Assembly: GCA_017499595.2 (NCBI GenBank)
Contig: CM039007.1
Location: 1,054,001-1,118,000, forward strand
Reading direction: 5' to 3'
DNA from: Psilocybe cubensis
Lineage: Eukaryota
Length of the DNA stretch: 64,000 bases
Shown: in pieces, positions 49,225 through 62,902 of the stretch
Layout of the letters: each line of letters opens with the position of its first letter
Position numbering within the stretch: the first letter of the stretch is position 1
Made by a program: the position numbers and the translations under genes
Notes under the pieces: generated by a model
Told to the model about the DNA's origin: nothing
What the model saw: only the letters and a program-made list of their open reading frames with translations
The model's database searches: none

Positions 49225-51320
49225 TTAGAGTGTATACCGGAAATCGGGATGGCGGTCACCAAGGTCGACCCAAGCGCGCACACCACCATCCGGTTCACTT
49301 TCCGTGGCATAAGGCGCCAGAACCTCCTGGCGAGTACGTTCCTTGTTTTTGTTTTTCCAGGATAGGATGGAGGCGTTGACGATAGCTAGTACAATCGTCA
49401 TGATCATGCTGCGTATATACAGTCAGATCATAGACACGGGAAGCAGCATGCAAATGACGCACAAAATAAGATTCATGACTGTTGTTTTATGGAACCGAGG
49501 GCCTTCGCTGGTTGGGTATCTCCAAGTACTCAAAATGCCTCCCTAATTGTGACTTTTAGCTTCCAAAAGCAACATCAGAGCTCGTGAACTTACCATACTA
49601 GTAGCCATAAAACCAACAGCGATACTGGTCGCTCTTGTATAGTACGGTTCCGAGTTGTTGGATATCCAAGCAGCGATGACAGGTACAGTTCCGTATATCC
49701 CACTAGCCATGAGGTATATGGCTCCATATGCAGCATGCTTGTTGGTGGTTCCTTTTTGACTGTTAGTGTGAGACGTAGAAAGGCTGCAGACCGTACCCAC
49801 CTAGATACATAGCGTAACCAGCAATTCCGATAAGGCAAACCGAGCATAATGGAATAGCTCGACTCTTCAGGCGATCAGACGTGTACGCGACAACGAGTGT
49901 CACTGAAAATCAATCAGCTCAACACAGGTATCACACTGATGTCCCAGGCTTACCAACAAAAGCACTAGCGAAAGGACCGACACTCAGAAGCTGCGAATGG
50001 TTCGGGCTGAAGCCCAGCTGGTTGATGATGGACGGCGCGAAGAGTGCAAGACCGAAGAGGTTCGTTCCACCCATAAAGAAAGTGATGAACATCAGAATGA
50101 CATGAGGAGACTTCAACGAGCTCAAAACATGTCTGATGCGGAATTCATCGAGTGGGTTGACAAACGGTCTGTCTTTCTCCAAGCGGCGCATGACAAGGCT
50201 TCAAAATAGCGAGATTAGCTCAATGTGCCATAGGCTTGGCTTGGAAAAAGGCACTTACTCTTTTTGATTGTCAGACAGGAATCGCGACTCTCTGGGTGTC
50301 GCTGGAACCATAAAGAATCCAAGAACACCCATCAGCACGCTAAAGATACCTTCCTGTCAAATAGGGCTAGGTCAGCAAGATAATCATCTAAGAGTCGGTA
50401 CCCTCATACCAGGATAAAAATCCATGCCCACGCAGGTTTTCCTCCAAGGCCTTGCATGTTGTCGATGGCGGCTGCAAGAAGCCCAGAGAATGCACTGGAA
50501 AGCTACTTTCATAGTTAGCCAGGCCCTGTACAGTAAACAATAAGACGGGTGCCTACAGATGCAGCGGAGAAGAAGAATGCAATGCTGTCAAAAGAATACT
50601 TTGAACACTGCGAGGAGTAATTTTTTTTGTCAAACTCACCGATACGATAGTTCGGCACGGGTGTAGAATCCAGAAAGGTAAAGCACAATACCAGGGAACA
50701 TCGGTCCTTCTACAAGCCCCAAAAAGAATCGTGCAGCGATGAGATCGTGGAATGACGATACGAAGCCTTGGAAAATAACGATGATGCCCCAAAGAGTCAG
50801 AATAACTGGCATCGCGATGTTGGGTCCGATTTTGCGCAATAGAAGGTTAGCTGGGACTTCGGCCATAATGTAGGGCCTGTTTGAAGCATTAAATCATGGT
50901 AATGACATCGCATATGAAGGGAGAAAACGCGTACACGTATGTAACCGTTACGCAAATTTGGTATTGTCGGTCAGTCATTTTGAGACCTTTTTGAAGACCC
51001 GCAACTCTTGCATTTCCTGAAATAATGGCATATGAACATCTGGGTACCTCCAAGGCCCCTAGCAGCACATACCGATATTAGCACGATCCTAAACTGAATT
51101 TAGCACATAGTAATTGCCAAAAATAATTGCGACCCACCAGGAATGACAGTAGGTAGAACATGGTCATCATAGGAAGGATAGTCCAATCCAATTTCCTCAC
51201 TGCGCTTCGGATCTTTGCATGATCGACCTCATTGAAGCTGTCCTTCTCCAAGTCGGATTTGTGAACAGAGGACGAGGCGGGGCTGCACGGTTTAGGCTCG
51301 GTATTCGGGTTGGTGGCCAT
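49225..51320 (-). CDS. MFS transporter, anion:cation symporter family (Dal5/Tna1-like allantoate/nicotinate permease)
   Basis: VRKLDWTILPMMTMFYLLSFL-DRANIGNARVAGL, EVPANLLLRKIGP, ARFFLGLVEGPMFPGIVLYLSGFYTRAEL and terminal LGDRHPDFRYTL. Confidence 0.92.
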
Positions 51321-53107
51321 TGTATAAGTCGATGACAGCATGCGCAGAGCAACAACTCGAAGCGATCTGTGTTGCGGGTGGCGCTACCAAGCTCAAAGAT
51401 CCTTTCTTCGTAAACAGACATGCCTATTAAATAGTAGCTCGATTAGATCTGCAGGTGGCAAATCAGTATATTACACTGATTTTCCGCGCGTATTTGAATT
51501 GACAGCACCCACATTTAGATCCTAAAAAGACACTCAGCGGATACCCGGTTTGACAATGCTATTTTTTGCGCACCTTCGACCTCGAATTGGAAACGCAGCT
51601 CAGCAAGTAACTGCATATGCGCTACATATAGGGCTTCTGACAAGAATGTGTAGCTGCAAGAAAACATACTGTGAGAAGGCCGACCCAGTCGCCGAAGGAA
51701 AAAGAACACAGCGCCCTAAAGCAAATTGTACAACAATGATGTAAGCCTTGAGGACAGAGCGTTGAAACGTATCAAATTTTAACAACGTAACTCGCGTCTG
51801 AATGTTGTGGGGCTTATGTTCTGGACAAATGGGCTGGTAAGTTGAAAGGGTCGCATATAGCAGTTAAAAATGGTTTAAAGCTGGTACCTTGTTATAAATT
51901 TATTCCAACTCTCTAATATAAGCAACGCTTCCTGACAAGTTACATCACACTAGATAGAACGCCTGCCCTGCACCTGACTGCTCATAATCGAGAAGGTAGT
52001 TTAATTATGCACCGTTGCAGTACAGAAGTGACATTTGCAGGTAATGATAGTCGATTGTCAGACCATGTAAACGAGTCGAGGAGATATTGAACCATGGCTA
52101 ATGTGAAGAATATTCCTAGAAAAAGGTACCTGCGAATGATCAAACAGTCAAAATACGTCATTTACCAAACAACAAAGTTGCAGCTTACTCGCAGCGTGAT
52201 TGTAAGTGTTAGCTTGGGACACCCGGTTACTGTGCCACAACATCGCGTGTTTGAATATCCAAATCGCTTGATCTATCGAGTTGTCTTCTGCATTCATCAG
52301 TTCATTGACGCTGATGACTTTATGGGCCAATGCCTTGAGTGTAGCCTACGGCAAGTGATTAATGAATGTTCCCAGAAACCGGATGAACCACGTTACCGAG
52401 AATGCATGATTTGCAAATGATAGGGTGGCCTTGGGTTCTTCGAGGAAAGCGATTGACCGAAAGGAAAACATAACACAAAAATGTAGAATGTAGGAGGTTG
52501 ATGAGGCGACCTGTCTCTGAAAGTGAATGGTTTGTATGTTGCTACACGTTGAGCGACATCGCGTTGACTTGAATAGCTTGTCCAGGAAGACGAATTCACC
52601 TAGAACCTTGTAGAGCAAAGCTTCAAATCTGTCAGTAAATGTCCAAGTGGTAAGTATAGGAAGTAGCGCCGACGAGGCCGTAAAACTGGTACTCTTGATG
52701 GTCGTAATCGCTCTAAAGATGTAACACTATCAAAATAGAAATGGGCTTGGCTGCAAATCTCTATTTACAGCGAGAGATAAAGTGGCGTTAGCAGATTGTT
52801 ACCTGCTATCAACGTTTTCAGAGATGAATGTATGGGAGGAACAGGATAAACATACTTTTTGCTGTATTCCCTATCATGCATTTGATTAGAAATATAAGAG
52901 GAGGTGAGAACCACGCCGGCCATGTGCAGAAAGTTGAAAGGAAAGAAAAGAACATACTCTTCCACACAATTGTGCACGGAAAGACGAAATGATCTGAGCT
53001 GGCTGATCATAAATGAGGTTTGTGCGTGAATATCATCCTGGGGCCACTCTCCCAACTGCTGCAGAGATATTTCGTGTAAAATGGCATGATATTAGGCGAT
53101 CCATACA

Positions 53108-54034
53108 TCAATCAGAATAGTAAACTTCAACCTCGACCTGTCTCACATAGTTCGCCCATGCTGCAAACTAAAATAATATTGGTCAGAGTCGGCTGAAGAC
53201 AAAACAAGTTACTTCACCTTTGCCTTCGCGATTACAACAATCCTATCACTGGGCTGCAAACATCGAACGTATCCCATGCCTTTCCCAGCACCAGTCGAAT
53301 CAATGAACTTCATCTCGTCCTCCTCTGCATAGTCGGGGACCTCATCAGACCACACAATTTGGTGTATTGCATCTTCGCGGGAGGCACGTATGTTCCGTTG
53401 TAGATGCCAAGTGCTCGAATCTGTTTGACTAGGATTCGCGACCAAAGCGATCTTCATACCGTCTCCAACTGTGTCGTCCATTGCATCCATGAAGTCCCGG
53501 ACGCGCGTAAGAATCAGACCCTCTTCTGTGCCAGGTTGTTCGCCAACTGAAGTCTTCTCGACTTCACGGATAATGCCCGCTTCAAACCATGTCCAGGACC
53601 CGAGATATTTGCCTGCGTAGACAACATTCATTAGCGCTGCAATCTACTAAAGAATGACTTTGTGACGTACTGGGGAAGTTGTTCTCGCTGCAGAACCCTT
53701 GGTCGTGACTGATGGTCCTAAACACCACTTTCTTGATTCTCACAAACTTTGTCGTCCCTATCAGCTCGGATAGTTTTGGAGTGACCAAAGAGCACTCGGG
53801 ACCCCCGGTTTCAAATACGCATGTCGGTACGTCGTCTGGTGGTCTCACACCAAAGTGGACTTTGGGCCAGTACTGGGCCTCATCGATGATGACGTTGGCC
53901 AACTCCACGGGAACCCAGAGCGTAAGGTAACCGCGTACAACATCGACGTCGTCCGGTAATGGTGTATAGTGGCGACCTTGCGCAGATTGTTCGTCTTCAT
54001 TCGAATCGGTCAATGTCGACATTAAGCTGCCCAT
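53108..54034 (-). CDS. Conserved hypothetical basidiomycete protein, 3 exons
   Basis: VPVELANVIIDEAQYWP, SHDQG, YLGSWTWFEA, WHLQRNIRAS and DRIVVIAKAK-FAAWANYVRQVEVEVYYSD*, with in-frame splicing. The start could be 54022. Confidence 0.72.
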
Positions 54035-56162
54035 CCTGTGTGCAACCCCTGGGTTGTGTGTTGATTGTCGGAAAAAGAGATGATATCAATGGGGTATACA
54101 CTCCACAGAAGTTGAAATGGAAAATCCCATGTGTTGTTTAAGCTGCAATGCACACTCTCGGATGCATTGAATGTTGGTGATGGTTGTTGGTGTGACTTGT
54201 CCATGCTTTGCCTGCCCAAGCTGGGCCGTGATCATGTTGTCGGTGCTTCCGGGATGTGCCGTATGCAAAGTAAACCAACAAGTGGCTTTCTTTCCTCGAC
54301 CATCTTCGACCACCATCCATACTCCCCCACGCATTCTTCTCAGCGCTTCTGGAAATAACAAAAGTATAAATCTACTCTGGCGACATGGAGCGCGATGACC
54401 GTCCCCATGGACCGCGGGAGGTAATCATGCTTCCGTCGGACGCCTGAAGGCCTCCCATCCACTTTCTCCTGGTGTACCTTCTCGGAGACACGACCACTGT
54501 GGACTCTCATCAATGCATTATCGATTCCCAAAGTCGTGTCAGAAACTGAAAATGCCAACTCTGTCTCTCCCCAACGCCTTGTCCTCTACATGTCTCCTCA
54601 CTTGGTACTCGGTCTTGAGGGATTTTTCACATCGAAGATTGACGCCCTGGCGGTCCTCCATGATTTTACAACTCGAACTTGTCCTCAGTACGGATAAATT
54701 CTCTTGAAGTCGATGTTCATTCAAACTTCGTATCTGGAATATGGAGTCGAGTTCGGAAAGGACCTTTATATCTAAAGCGACTCACTAAATCAGATAAGCG
54801 TCAAATCGTTGGTCGTGTTCTCTTTCCTCTGAGCACTCGTTGCGGTCGTACTGCCTGCATACATCAGGAACGCAAATAGGGGTCCCTTATATGAAAGTTT
54901 TGGGGATCGGTCTCATCGCCGGCTGAACTGCGCTACCTTTGAGTTGCGTCCTACGGTCATTCTTTGGAAGATGATCTTGAAGTAAACTTTTGATTGAAAG
55001 ACTTACTCTCCGACACTCTCATTGTTATGGTTTAAGACCAACAAAACTTCCTTCGCCTATTCGTGGTTAACCAGCTTGAAAACCAATGGTTCAGTTCTAT
55101 CCTAATGAAACTTCTCTATGGTAGTGGTGACGTCTCGGTTAACCCGTCCAACACAGTGTCGGGTTTCAAGTGCTATAAACCTGAATCAGCACTCTGGGTG
55201 GTTAAATTGCCACTTCAACAATCGTACCGTGTACGAATAATGGATTGTGAGAGGGGGACATCAACTCCTCCCAGTGTCACAAACTGTCGTTTGTTTGCGC
55301 AGGTATCCTTGTGTACTGGCCAATATTTCCTGAACTGCGAAATGGAAGCGTCCATTCAATAGCAGGTTGGAGAGCGCGATCGCGTGCGGATGTTCTGTCT
55401 TGAATATGAGTCACCATTTCTTGATCAACACAATCAATACCGACCTTATCTGCTTTCTTCATCGGGGCTCTGCTGTATTCCGGTCTTTGAGATTCCACAA
55501 ATTCCAAACAAACCCTAACTAACCCAGCATTGTTACTATCTTCTGAGTGAAGTCGATAAAAAAACTCGCACATGTGGCATTTCGAAATGGCTTCCTTGGT
55601 GTGGTCGTGGGTTGAGTGGCCTGTGCCATTGTCGTGTTACAACACACCTAGTGACGCGTTTTCTCTTCATTGTTCATCTCAGGCGAGTCCCAAGAGACCC
55701 GCGACTTAGTGTAGTGTCATTTCGCGAGGATTGTCTGGTTGCTTCCTTGGACCTGTTCACCTGGGATAAGTCGTACGTATCGTGGTATATCTAGGATAGA
55801 CTAGGAATAGGAATCTTTGTGGAGTGCACGAGAAGTTTATTGCTGAAATGAACCGTTTCGGTGGCATCTGACGAGAAGAGTAGGGTATGAGGAAATCACA
55901 CACAGAATACCAACTTCATTTCTTTGAAACATGAGAGGCACCAAAGCGATGTCAACACTCTTATATAGCATGTTGATTGAGAGACGTACACAATAATCCC
56001 GGATTTGGGAAGTTCAATGGCGCCATAATATAATACAATGATGCAAGAGAAAGTCGACTCGATGTCTTGATAAAATAAAAGAAAGGACATTAATTCGATG
56101 TTGGAGTCCTGACTTAAAAGAACTGTGTCAACAAACAGTTCAATTTTTTGTGGTTGGAAAAA

Positions 56163-56241
56163 TTCGGGTACGGGGAATCGAACCCCGAGCTGCCGCGATC
56201 TGTATGAGAGGCGGCAATGTTAGCCGTTACACCATACCCGA
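56163..56241 (-). tRNA. tRNA-Glu(CTC) with a 7-nt intron (56198-56204)
   Basis: Acceptor stem TCGGGTA/TACCCGA, D arm, anticodon stem GCCGC/GCGGC with loop CT-CTC-A-[TACAGAT]-C, and T arm CGGGG-TTCGATT-CCCCG. A TTTTT Pol III terminator follows immediately. Confidence 0.93.
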
Positions 56242-56884
56242 CATAATTTGTCCGGTAAAACATGTAATTAGATGGTCAAGGACTTGGCAATGAAAGTGGT
56301 TAAGTGATCGGAGTCGTGGGAATTGGAAATATTTCATATCGAAGTCCGAGTCAGACTGTCTTTCGTCTCTGTTTTACTCCATTTTCGCCTATAAAATTTC
56401 CTCTTTCATTATCGTCCAATGTTTTGGGAACCTCATCCTCTTGAGCGCATGTTATATGCCAGAACATGAACACTATCAAAATTGAAAACGCTTCATCCCC
56501 GTTACCTTTAAAATTTTGAGGAAGACGTCAAAGGTGTTGAAACGCGAATACGAGTTGAACTCGAACTCAATTGAGCAAGTGAAGGAAGAGTGTAAGTTGG
56601 TGAGTAATCCTCTATAACGAAGAAGCACAACCAAACTGTGATCTTGATAGGTATGCGAAAACGGCGAAGTAAAGGCTGCTTCTCCTTCTGGGTCGCTCAA
56701 CTCTAGGGCGAATGTTTTCGTGAGTATTCAGTATTTACTGTATGTGAGATGTTAATTCTGACGAGCTAGTGAATTTCTTCGTAATAATCATCTTGGTTTC
56801 CGGCTTTCAAACTACATGACCAATACCGATATATATCGCAATGGCACATAAATTTCGAATTTCGACTCGTGTACGGGGGTATAG

Positions 56885-56998
56885 TTTGATGTAGCCATCA
56901 ACTCCAAGCCATCCGGGCGCATCGTGTTCCAGCTATTCGACGACACAGTCCCCAAAACCTCGCGCAACTTCCGCGAACTCGCGACAGGTCAGCATGGG
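56885..56998 (+). pseudogene. Cyclophilin (PPIase) N-terminal fragment
   Basis: [38 protein letters not shown] matches the cyclophilin A N-terminus. The expected GY...FHR and QGGDF motifs do not follow. Confidence 0.8.
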
Positions 56999-58266
56999 AA
57001 TACGACGACAGTCACCAGACTCAGCGATACTTCATCTGGTCAACGTTACGCTCAGAGTACCCTGAACAAAAAACCCAGGCTAGTCAAGAAAGAGGATGTG
57101 GTACAATCGTCCAATCATGCCGAGAAAATGTCCTTGGATCGTTCTCGTGCGCGCTGTGATGATAGAGAATTCCCAGCTATCCAAAGAGTTACGTGTACTG
57201 CGCAAAAGGTGAGCACCTTATTTTACTAGTCTAAATGAATATAATAATAATGATAAACCGAATAATACACCGTCTTACCTATTCATGAATTAGGCTGATT
57301 TCATTCTGTCTAGATCAGCAAAACGAAAGTGGAGAAATGTTATATGTTGAAGGAGAAAGATTTGATCGGCCTTGAAAGAGAAACAAGGTATGTATCTGTG
57401 TACATACTCTATTTTCCTTGTTTGACACAGAAGTGTAAGGTTTTGGCAGCCACCAGACATTCCGCAAAATGTTTGGGCACCTATTTATCTTTATCGGGAG
57501 TACGAAATTGAACGTGTGGCTTGGAAAAAGTTTGGGGGTTACCACGGATTTCTCAAAGCGTGAGTTGAAAGACCTTTCTGATTCAATCACATCCTGATCA
57601 TATCATATCGTAGTCTGTACAGGCGTGCTCGTAGAAAAAGGTCCCCCAGACAAAAGAGATTGATCCCATTTCCACTGGCTTACTGTGAGCCATTCTTGCG
57701 TCTGTGGAGACAACGAATGGGATCAACACCCCTTTACGTTGATTTCGTTAAGACAGCAGTCGGGGATGGCTTTGGGCTGTATGAGTATGAAATACCCCAA
57801 GGCCATCTCACTACCATCGCTTATCGGTCCAAAAATTGGCCGTAGCTTCTCAATATTGCTGGTAAGTATGCATATTGCTGTGTGTGGCGTTGACTGACAA
57901 ACACAAGTCTTATACAGTATACGTGAATGTAATAATGCTACATTGGAGCAATATGATTTGTTTTTGAGCCTTCTAATTGAACCTGCCAGTCGGCACGGCG
58001 TGTATCAGGAACCGAGTGCAAAAAGGGGCACTAACTCGCATAACCCTGCAAGTCTGGTCTTCTCGAAACAGGTGTCTTTGCTACCAGGAAGACATGTTCC
58101 TGTTGAAATGTTATAACGATTTATATCTCAACTCGAGTTAAGTATCTCAGTGCTTACATTGCTTCTCCAATTGCGCTGATATAACAGAACTTCGTTCTCA
58201 ACCTCACGACAAGTCAGTGGTACCTGATTGTAGAATGTCAGAGTTGGACTAAGGCTAAGCTTAGGT

Positions 58267-58875
58267 GCAGCATCTTCGTCGAGCTCTATCATGTGCTTAC
58301 CCTCCTTACGTTAACCACTTCATCCGTTTTTTGTCGTGGGTGTGGTGGGAAAGCAGCCGCTTCCAACGGACGCGGTAAATGGCGACGCGGTCATCCATGG
58401 TACCAGTCACGGATGTCCTAAATAAAAATACATCCTTGAGCGTCGAAGTGGTGGCTCGGGGTGAATCTGGACGGGTGAGCTTCAATTGAACGTTTCAATA
58501 TGACTTCTGATAGTTTAGACAGAGCCAGCTGAAGCTGGGCACTACGAGTATTTTTTGCTGTGTTTTCCAACAAATTTGCTCTGAACGAGCCAATGGGCAA
58601 GCGCCGCCTTCCATGCATCACAAATGATCATACCAGGTACATTTTTGAAACTTGGTGTGTGATTCGACTTTGGCTCATTCAACCGCAGAAGCTCACGTTT
58701 GACCCAATTAAATGGAACCTCTCACTTATTTCCGCAAAGTGTGGATAAATCAACTGATCTTTTCGAGTGTTCTCTGCTCAAACGCCAGGGTCGACTGGTA
58801 CATTCAGTTTTTTCAACTCTTCCATTTACCCATGATGATTGACGGGTTCAATAGCTGGTTGACGAATGGTTCACA
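58267..58875 (+). repeat. Direct repeat of about 600 bp, copy 1 (upstream of the carboxylesterase)
   Basis: Colinear with 62296-62902: cttacgttaacca, ggcgacgcggtcat, ggatgtcctaaa, gaaacttggtgtgtgattc, gacccaattaaatggaacctct. Confidence 0.85.
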
Positions 58876-58964
58876 GGTGCGCAGTCGGTTTATGAATCTG
58901 ATCTCAGGGCTCAATTATCTTATAAAGAGGCCTTCCAAATCCACGTTCATACTGCTCAGTAAGA

Positions 58965-61589
58965 ATGGTTTCTTCCTTCGTTTCCGCAACTAGACTATGG
59001 CTGCTTCTGCTAATCGCGTATCTTGGAAGGGTCACAGCGACAACGTTCATCGATGGCTCAAGCTCTATTGTTAAACTCAACTATGGCTCCTTTCAAGGAA
59101 GTGTAGCGGGGGAGCTCGAGATGTTCCTTGGCATGCCATTCGCAGCACCCCCGTACGCATCTTACAGGGTGATTTTCATAAAAAGTATTGTAGTTAATCA
59201 TTGAGCTTTCGCAGGATTGGAAATCTTCGATTTGCACCGCCCGAACCTCCAATTCCGTTCAACGGTGTTCGCCAGGCAACGACTTTCGGTTCTGCATGCT
59301 TCCAACAAGTGCAGCCATCGATAAACATCTCTGCATCTCCTGCCGTTACTCCTCCGTCTGCAAGTGGAACATCAAGCTCGCTTGCTGTATCAGAGGATTG
59401 TATGCTATTGATTTTGGATCTGTTGTTTGGCAGTTAATCTTAGCATCACCCCAGGTCTTTTTATCAACGTGGTGAAACCTGCAAAGATTCCTTCCGGCAA
59501 GGCACTTCCTGTTTTATTCGTGAGTATTTGTCTTCGATCTTGAATATTATGGCATTACGTCTAACTTCGATACATCAGTGGATATATGGAGGTTCGTTGT
59601 ATTCCTCTCAAAATTCGACCCATTCTGTATAAGTCAAACCCCACAATGAGGTGGATTCCAAGTTGGGGATACCTCGCTTAATCCAGGAAATACCGTAGTC
59701 TCGCGTTCAATTGCCTTAGACGAACCGGTTGTATATGTATCGGCGAATTACCGCCTCAGTGGTCGGAATTTTCTTTTCGTTACACTCTTTTTACTTTGCC
59801 TAATGGCACAAATTTACCTGTAGCCCTTGGTTGGCTGGCTGGAAAAGAAGTCAAGGAGGCTGGAATCGGAAATGCAGGGCTAAGAGATCGTGAGTTGACT
59901 TGTGTACATCTATATGCGTTGTCGCTCATATATTCTAGAACGCTTTGCCATGAAATGGGTCCAGGATCACATAAGACATTTCGGAGGCGACCCTAATAGG
60001 GTAACGATGTAACTTTTTCAAGATTACTTTCACCATACCATGGATGACCTACTTATTTTGGAATTTTATAGTTGGGGAGAAAGTGCGGGTGCTATCTCAG
60101 TAGGCGCCCACATCGTTGTGAATGACGGCAATCCTACCGGGCTATTCCACGGAGCAGTAATGGTATATTCCATGACCTTCATCGATTCAGCTTCCGTTTT
60201 CATCACACAAACTTATACAGGAATCTGGCTCCCCACTTCCTACCGTGGACATTACCACCAAACAACCTGTCTTTGAACAGCTTTTGGCTAACACCGGGTG
60301 TACAGGGAGTGCTGACCCTATTGCATGCCTGAGAGCGGTCCCGTTCGACGTATTAGGGGATGCTATGAATTTATCTGACAGTCTATTTTCATTTGCAAGC
60401 CGGATAATCCCGTGGCAACCAACAGTGGATGGAGATTTTATCAAAAGAGATCCTCAAGTTTCTATTCAAAAAGGGTTATACGCAAAGGTATGGGCTTCTA
60501 CTTTTCTGACTTTTTTGAAGCGTCCACACGGTTATTAATATTGTTAGGTCCCCTTCATTACGGGGGATTGCGACGACGAAGGAACGTGAGTGTTATTTAT
60601 CACATAGGAAAGCTTGACTTTGGCCAACCTTCTGACGTCCTCTTAAAGACTGTTCTCACTGTCCAACACGAATATCACGTATGTATTCCTACTTCATGGG
60701 TAGCATGAGCTCAAATAAGGAAAACTGTTTAAAGCACCAACGAAGAATTCTTGTCTTATATGGAAAACATGTTTGTACATTCCAATTCTTCTTTATATCA
60801 ATGAGACGCTGAGAATGTGCGTAGCTATTTTCGAGGTCTGGTATCCCAGGAACAGTTGGCCGAGGTCGCCGCAGCATATCCTGAAAATGTCACCTTGGTA
60901 CGAGTTAGTTGCTTTTAGACGCCCTTGATGCTAAATAGGATTACTGGTTTGATAGGGTTCTCCATTCGATACTGGGACCGCCAACGCAATCACGTATCGT
61001 GTTTCTCCGTCCCCTTTGATTATCTAACCTGAGAACCATGGATAGGCCAGAGTTCAAGCGCATGGCGTCAGTTTCAGGTGACCTGTTCTTCCAAGCTCCC
61101 CGTCGGTTCTTCTTGCAGACCGCTTCAAAGACCCAGTCTACTTATGCCTTTTGTAAGCTCATTGTAGCGAAACAATTGTCTTTCGCTGACCTCGCACAAG
61201 TATTCAAACGTGGAAAATCCATCCCCATTCTAGGAGCGTCCCACGGAACTGATATTCCCGAGTTTTATGGAACTGGAACAGACCCCGACTTCATTGGCAC
61301 AGATGGACTAGGTACTTGTTGTGACCATTTTTCGATAGCGCAAGGAAAGCTCACCTGCTTCATAGTCAATTTCGCAAACACGGGGAACCCATCGCTTCCC
61401 AAAAACCCTATTAGCCTCCTCTCCGCCGTTGACTGGAAACCCTGGAGCTCCTCCCCGACCAGTCCCCCAATTTTGACGTTCCTGGACCCGGCGCCCGCAA
61501 TCTCGATTACATCCGATACGTCTAGAGAGGAAGCGATGAATTTATTGTCACGAATCTCTCTCGAGCTCGACTCAAGCGCTGGCCAATAA
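58965..61589 (+). CDS. Secreted type-B carboxylesterase/lipase (carotenoid ester lipase-like), many introns
   Basis: Signal-like N-terminus, FLGMPFAAPP, SEDC, WIYG-GGF oxyanion hole, GESAG nucleophile, DDEG acid and ASHGTDI histidine. Confidence 0.93.
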
Positions 61590-62295
61590 TAGCCAGTATA
61601 TGTATCCCTTTGACGAGTTGAAATCAAATTCATTTTGTTGTTCTTTGCGACTTGACAATAGTCAAGCAGAATCATCGGATAGGGTGCGTATGATTTCATT
61701 CCCCTTTCTGTGATCATTTTACAGTGCCCATCAGAGGCGCAAACCTGTGACCTTTGCCGAGGACCTGGCGTCGATTTGTGATGGGTGCACTCATAGCATT
61801 CTGACCCCCACGTCGAGCGACGAAGCACTTATATTGCAAACCACCCTCCCATTTTCTCAAGAAACATGACCACAAAGTTCTCAAGCGCCCCTTTGAGTGG
61901 GCATTTTGTGGGCCCAAGAAGATTTATAGTATCACCAAGGAGTCGACAACAACGTCGGTGTCCATTACACTATCTTCAGCTGCACAGACGGACGCGATAG
62001 CCATGAAGGCAGATGTCTGTGGAGGGTTGTACATCAAGTTTGGGTGTGTATCTTAGCGTCCTCATCCTGCTTCGCTTCTCTGAGATCAGTAGCAGACAAG
62101 CGATAGCTGCGAACGCAGCGGCGCTCCCGGAGCCGATCCAGAAGCAGGTTCGGGTCCGAATCTTTCTGTGTACATGGCTACTCCAATTGTGCTAATATAA
62201 CACAATATTATATAACATGCTAACTTGTTCTCACCCTCATGGCAAGCCGATAGTACTTTTCTGGTGAGTCTGTATCGGACTTGGCCTAATTTGCT

Positions 62296-62902
62296 GCAGC
62301 ATCTTTGTCCAGCTCTGTTGAGCTCTGTTACCATCCTTACGTTAACCATTTCATTGGTATTTCATCATGGGTATGATGGGAAAGTAGCCGCTTTCAACGG
62401 ATGCGGTAAGTGGCGACGCGGTCATCATGATGGTACCAGCCATGGATGTCCTAAACACATCCTTAGGCATCTAACTGATGGCTTGGATTGAGCCTGGATG
62501 GGGAAGCTTCAATTGAAACTTGTGCTCCGAGTTCTGATATTGTTTATAGAGCTGAAGCTGAATTAATACCCCAGGTTTTTTTGTTCCTGTGTGTTGCTAT
62601 AGATTTCTCTATGAAGAAGCGAGAGGTCACCGGTCAAGCGGTGCCTTCTATACATTACGAATGGTTATACCATGTATGTTGAAACTTGGTGTGTGATTCA
62701 ACTGTGGCTATTCAACCGAGGTAGCTCCCGTTCGACCCAATTAAATGGAACCTCTAACTTATTTCTGCATGGTGCGGATGACTCTGCTGATCTTTCGGAG
62801 TGTTTTCTGTTCAAACGCGCTGTCGACTGTTATATTCGGTTTTTTCGACTTCCATTTCCCCCGTGACTTATGGCGTCAATAGATGGCTAACGAACAGTTC
62901 AC
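62296..62902 (+). repeat. Direct repeat of about 600 bp, copy 2 (duplicate of the esterase upstream region)
   Basis: See copy 1. Similarity ends at gttcac, where CACTAC begins. Confidence 0.85.

Noticed and set aside
52094-53055. Short minus-strand ORFs with possible splice signals
   Set aside because: Could be a small or decayed gene, but I could not build a supported model.
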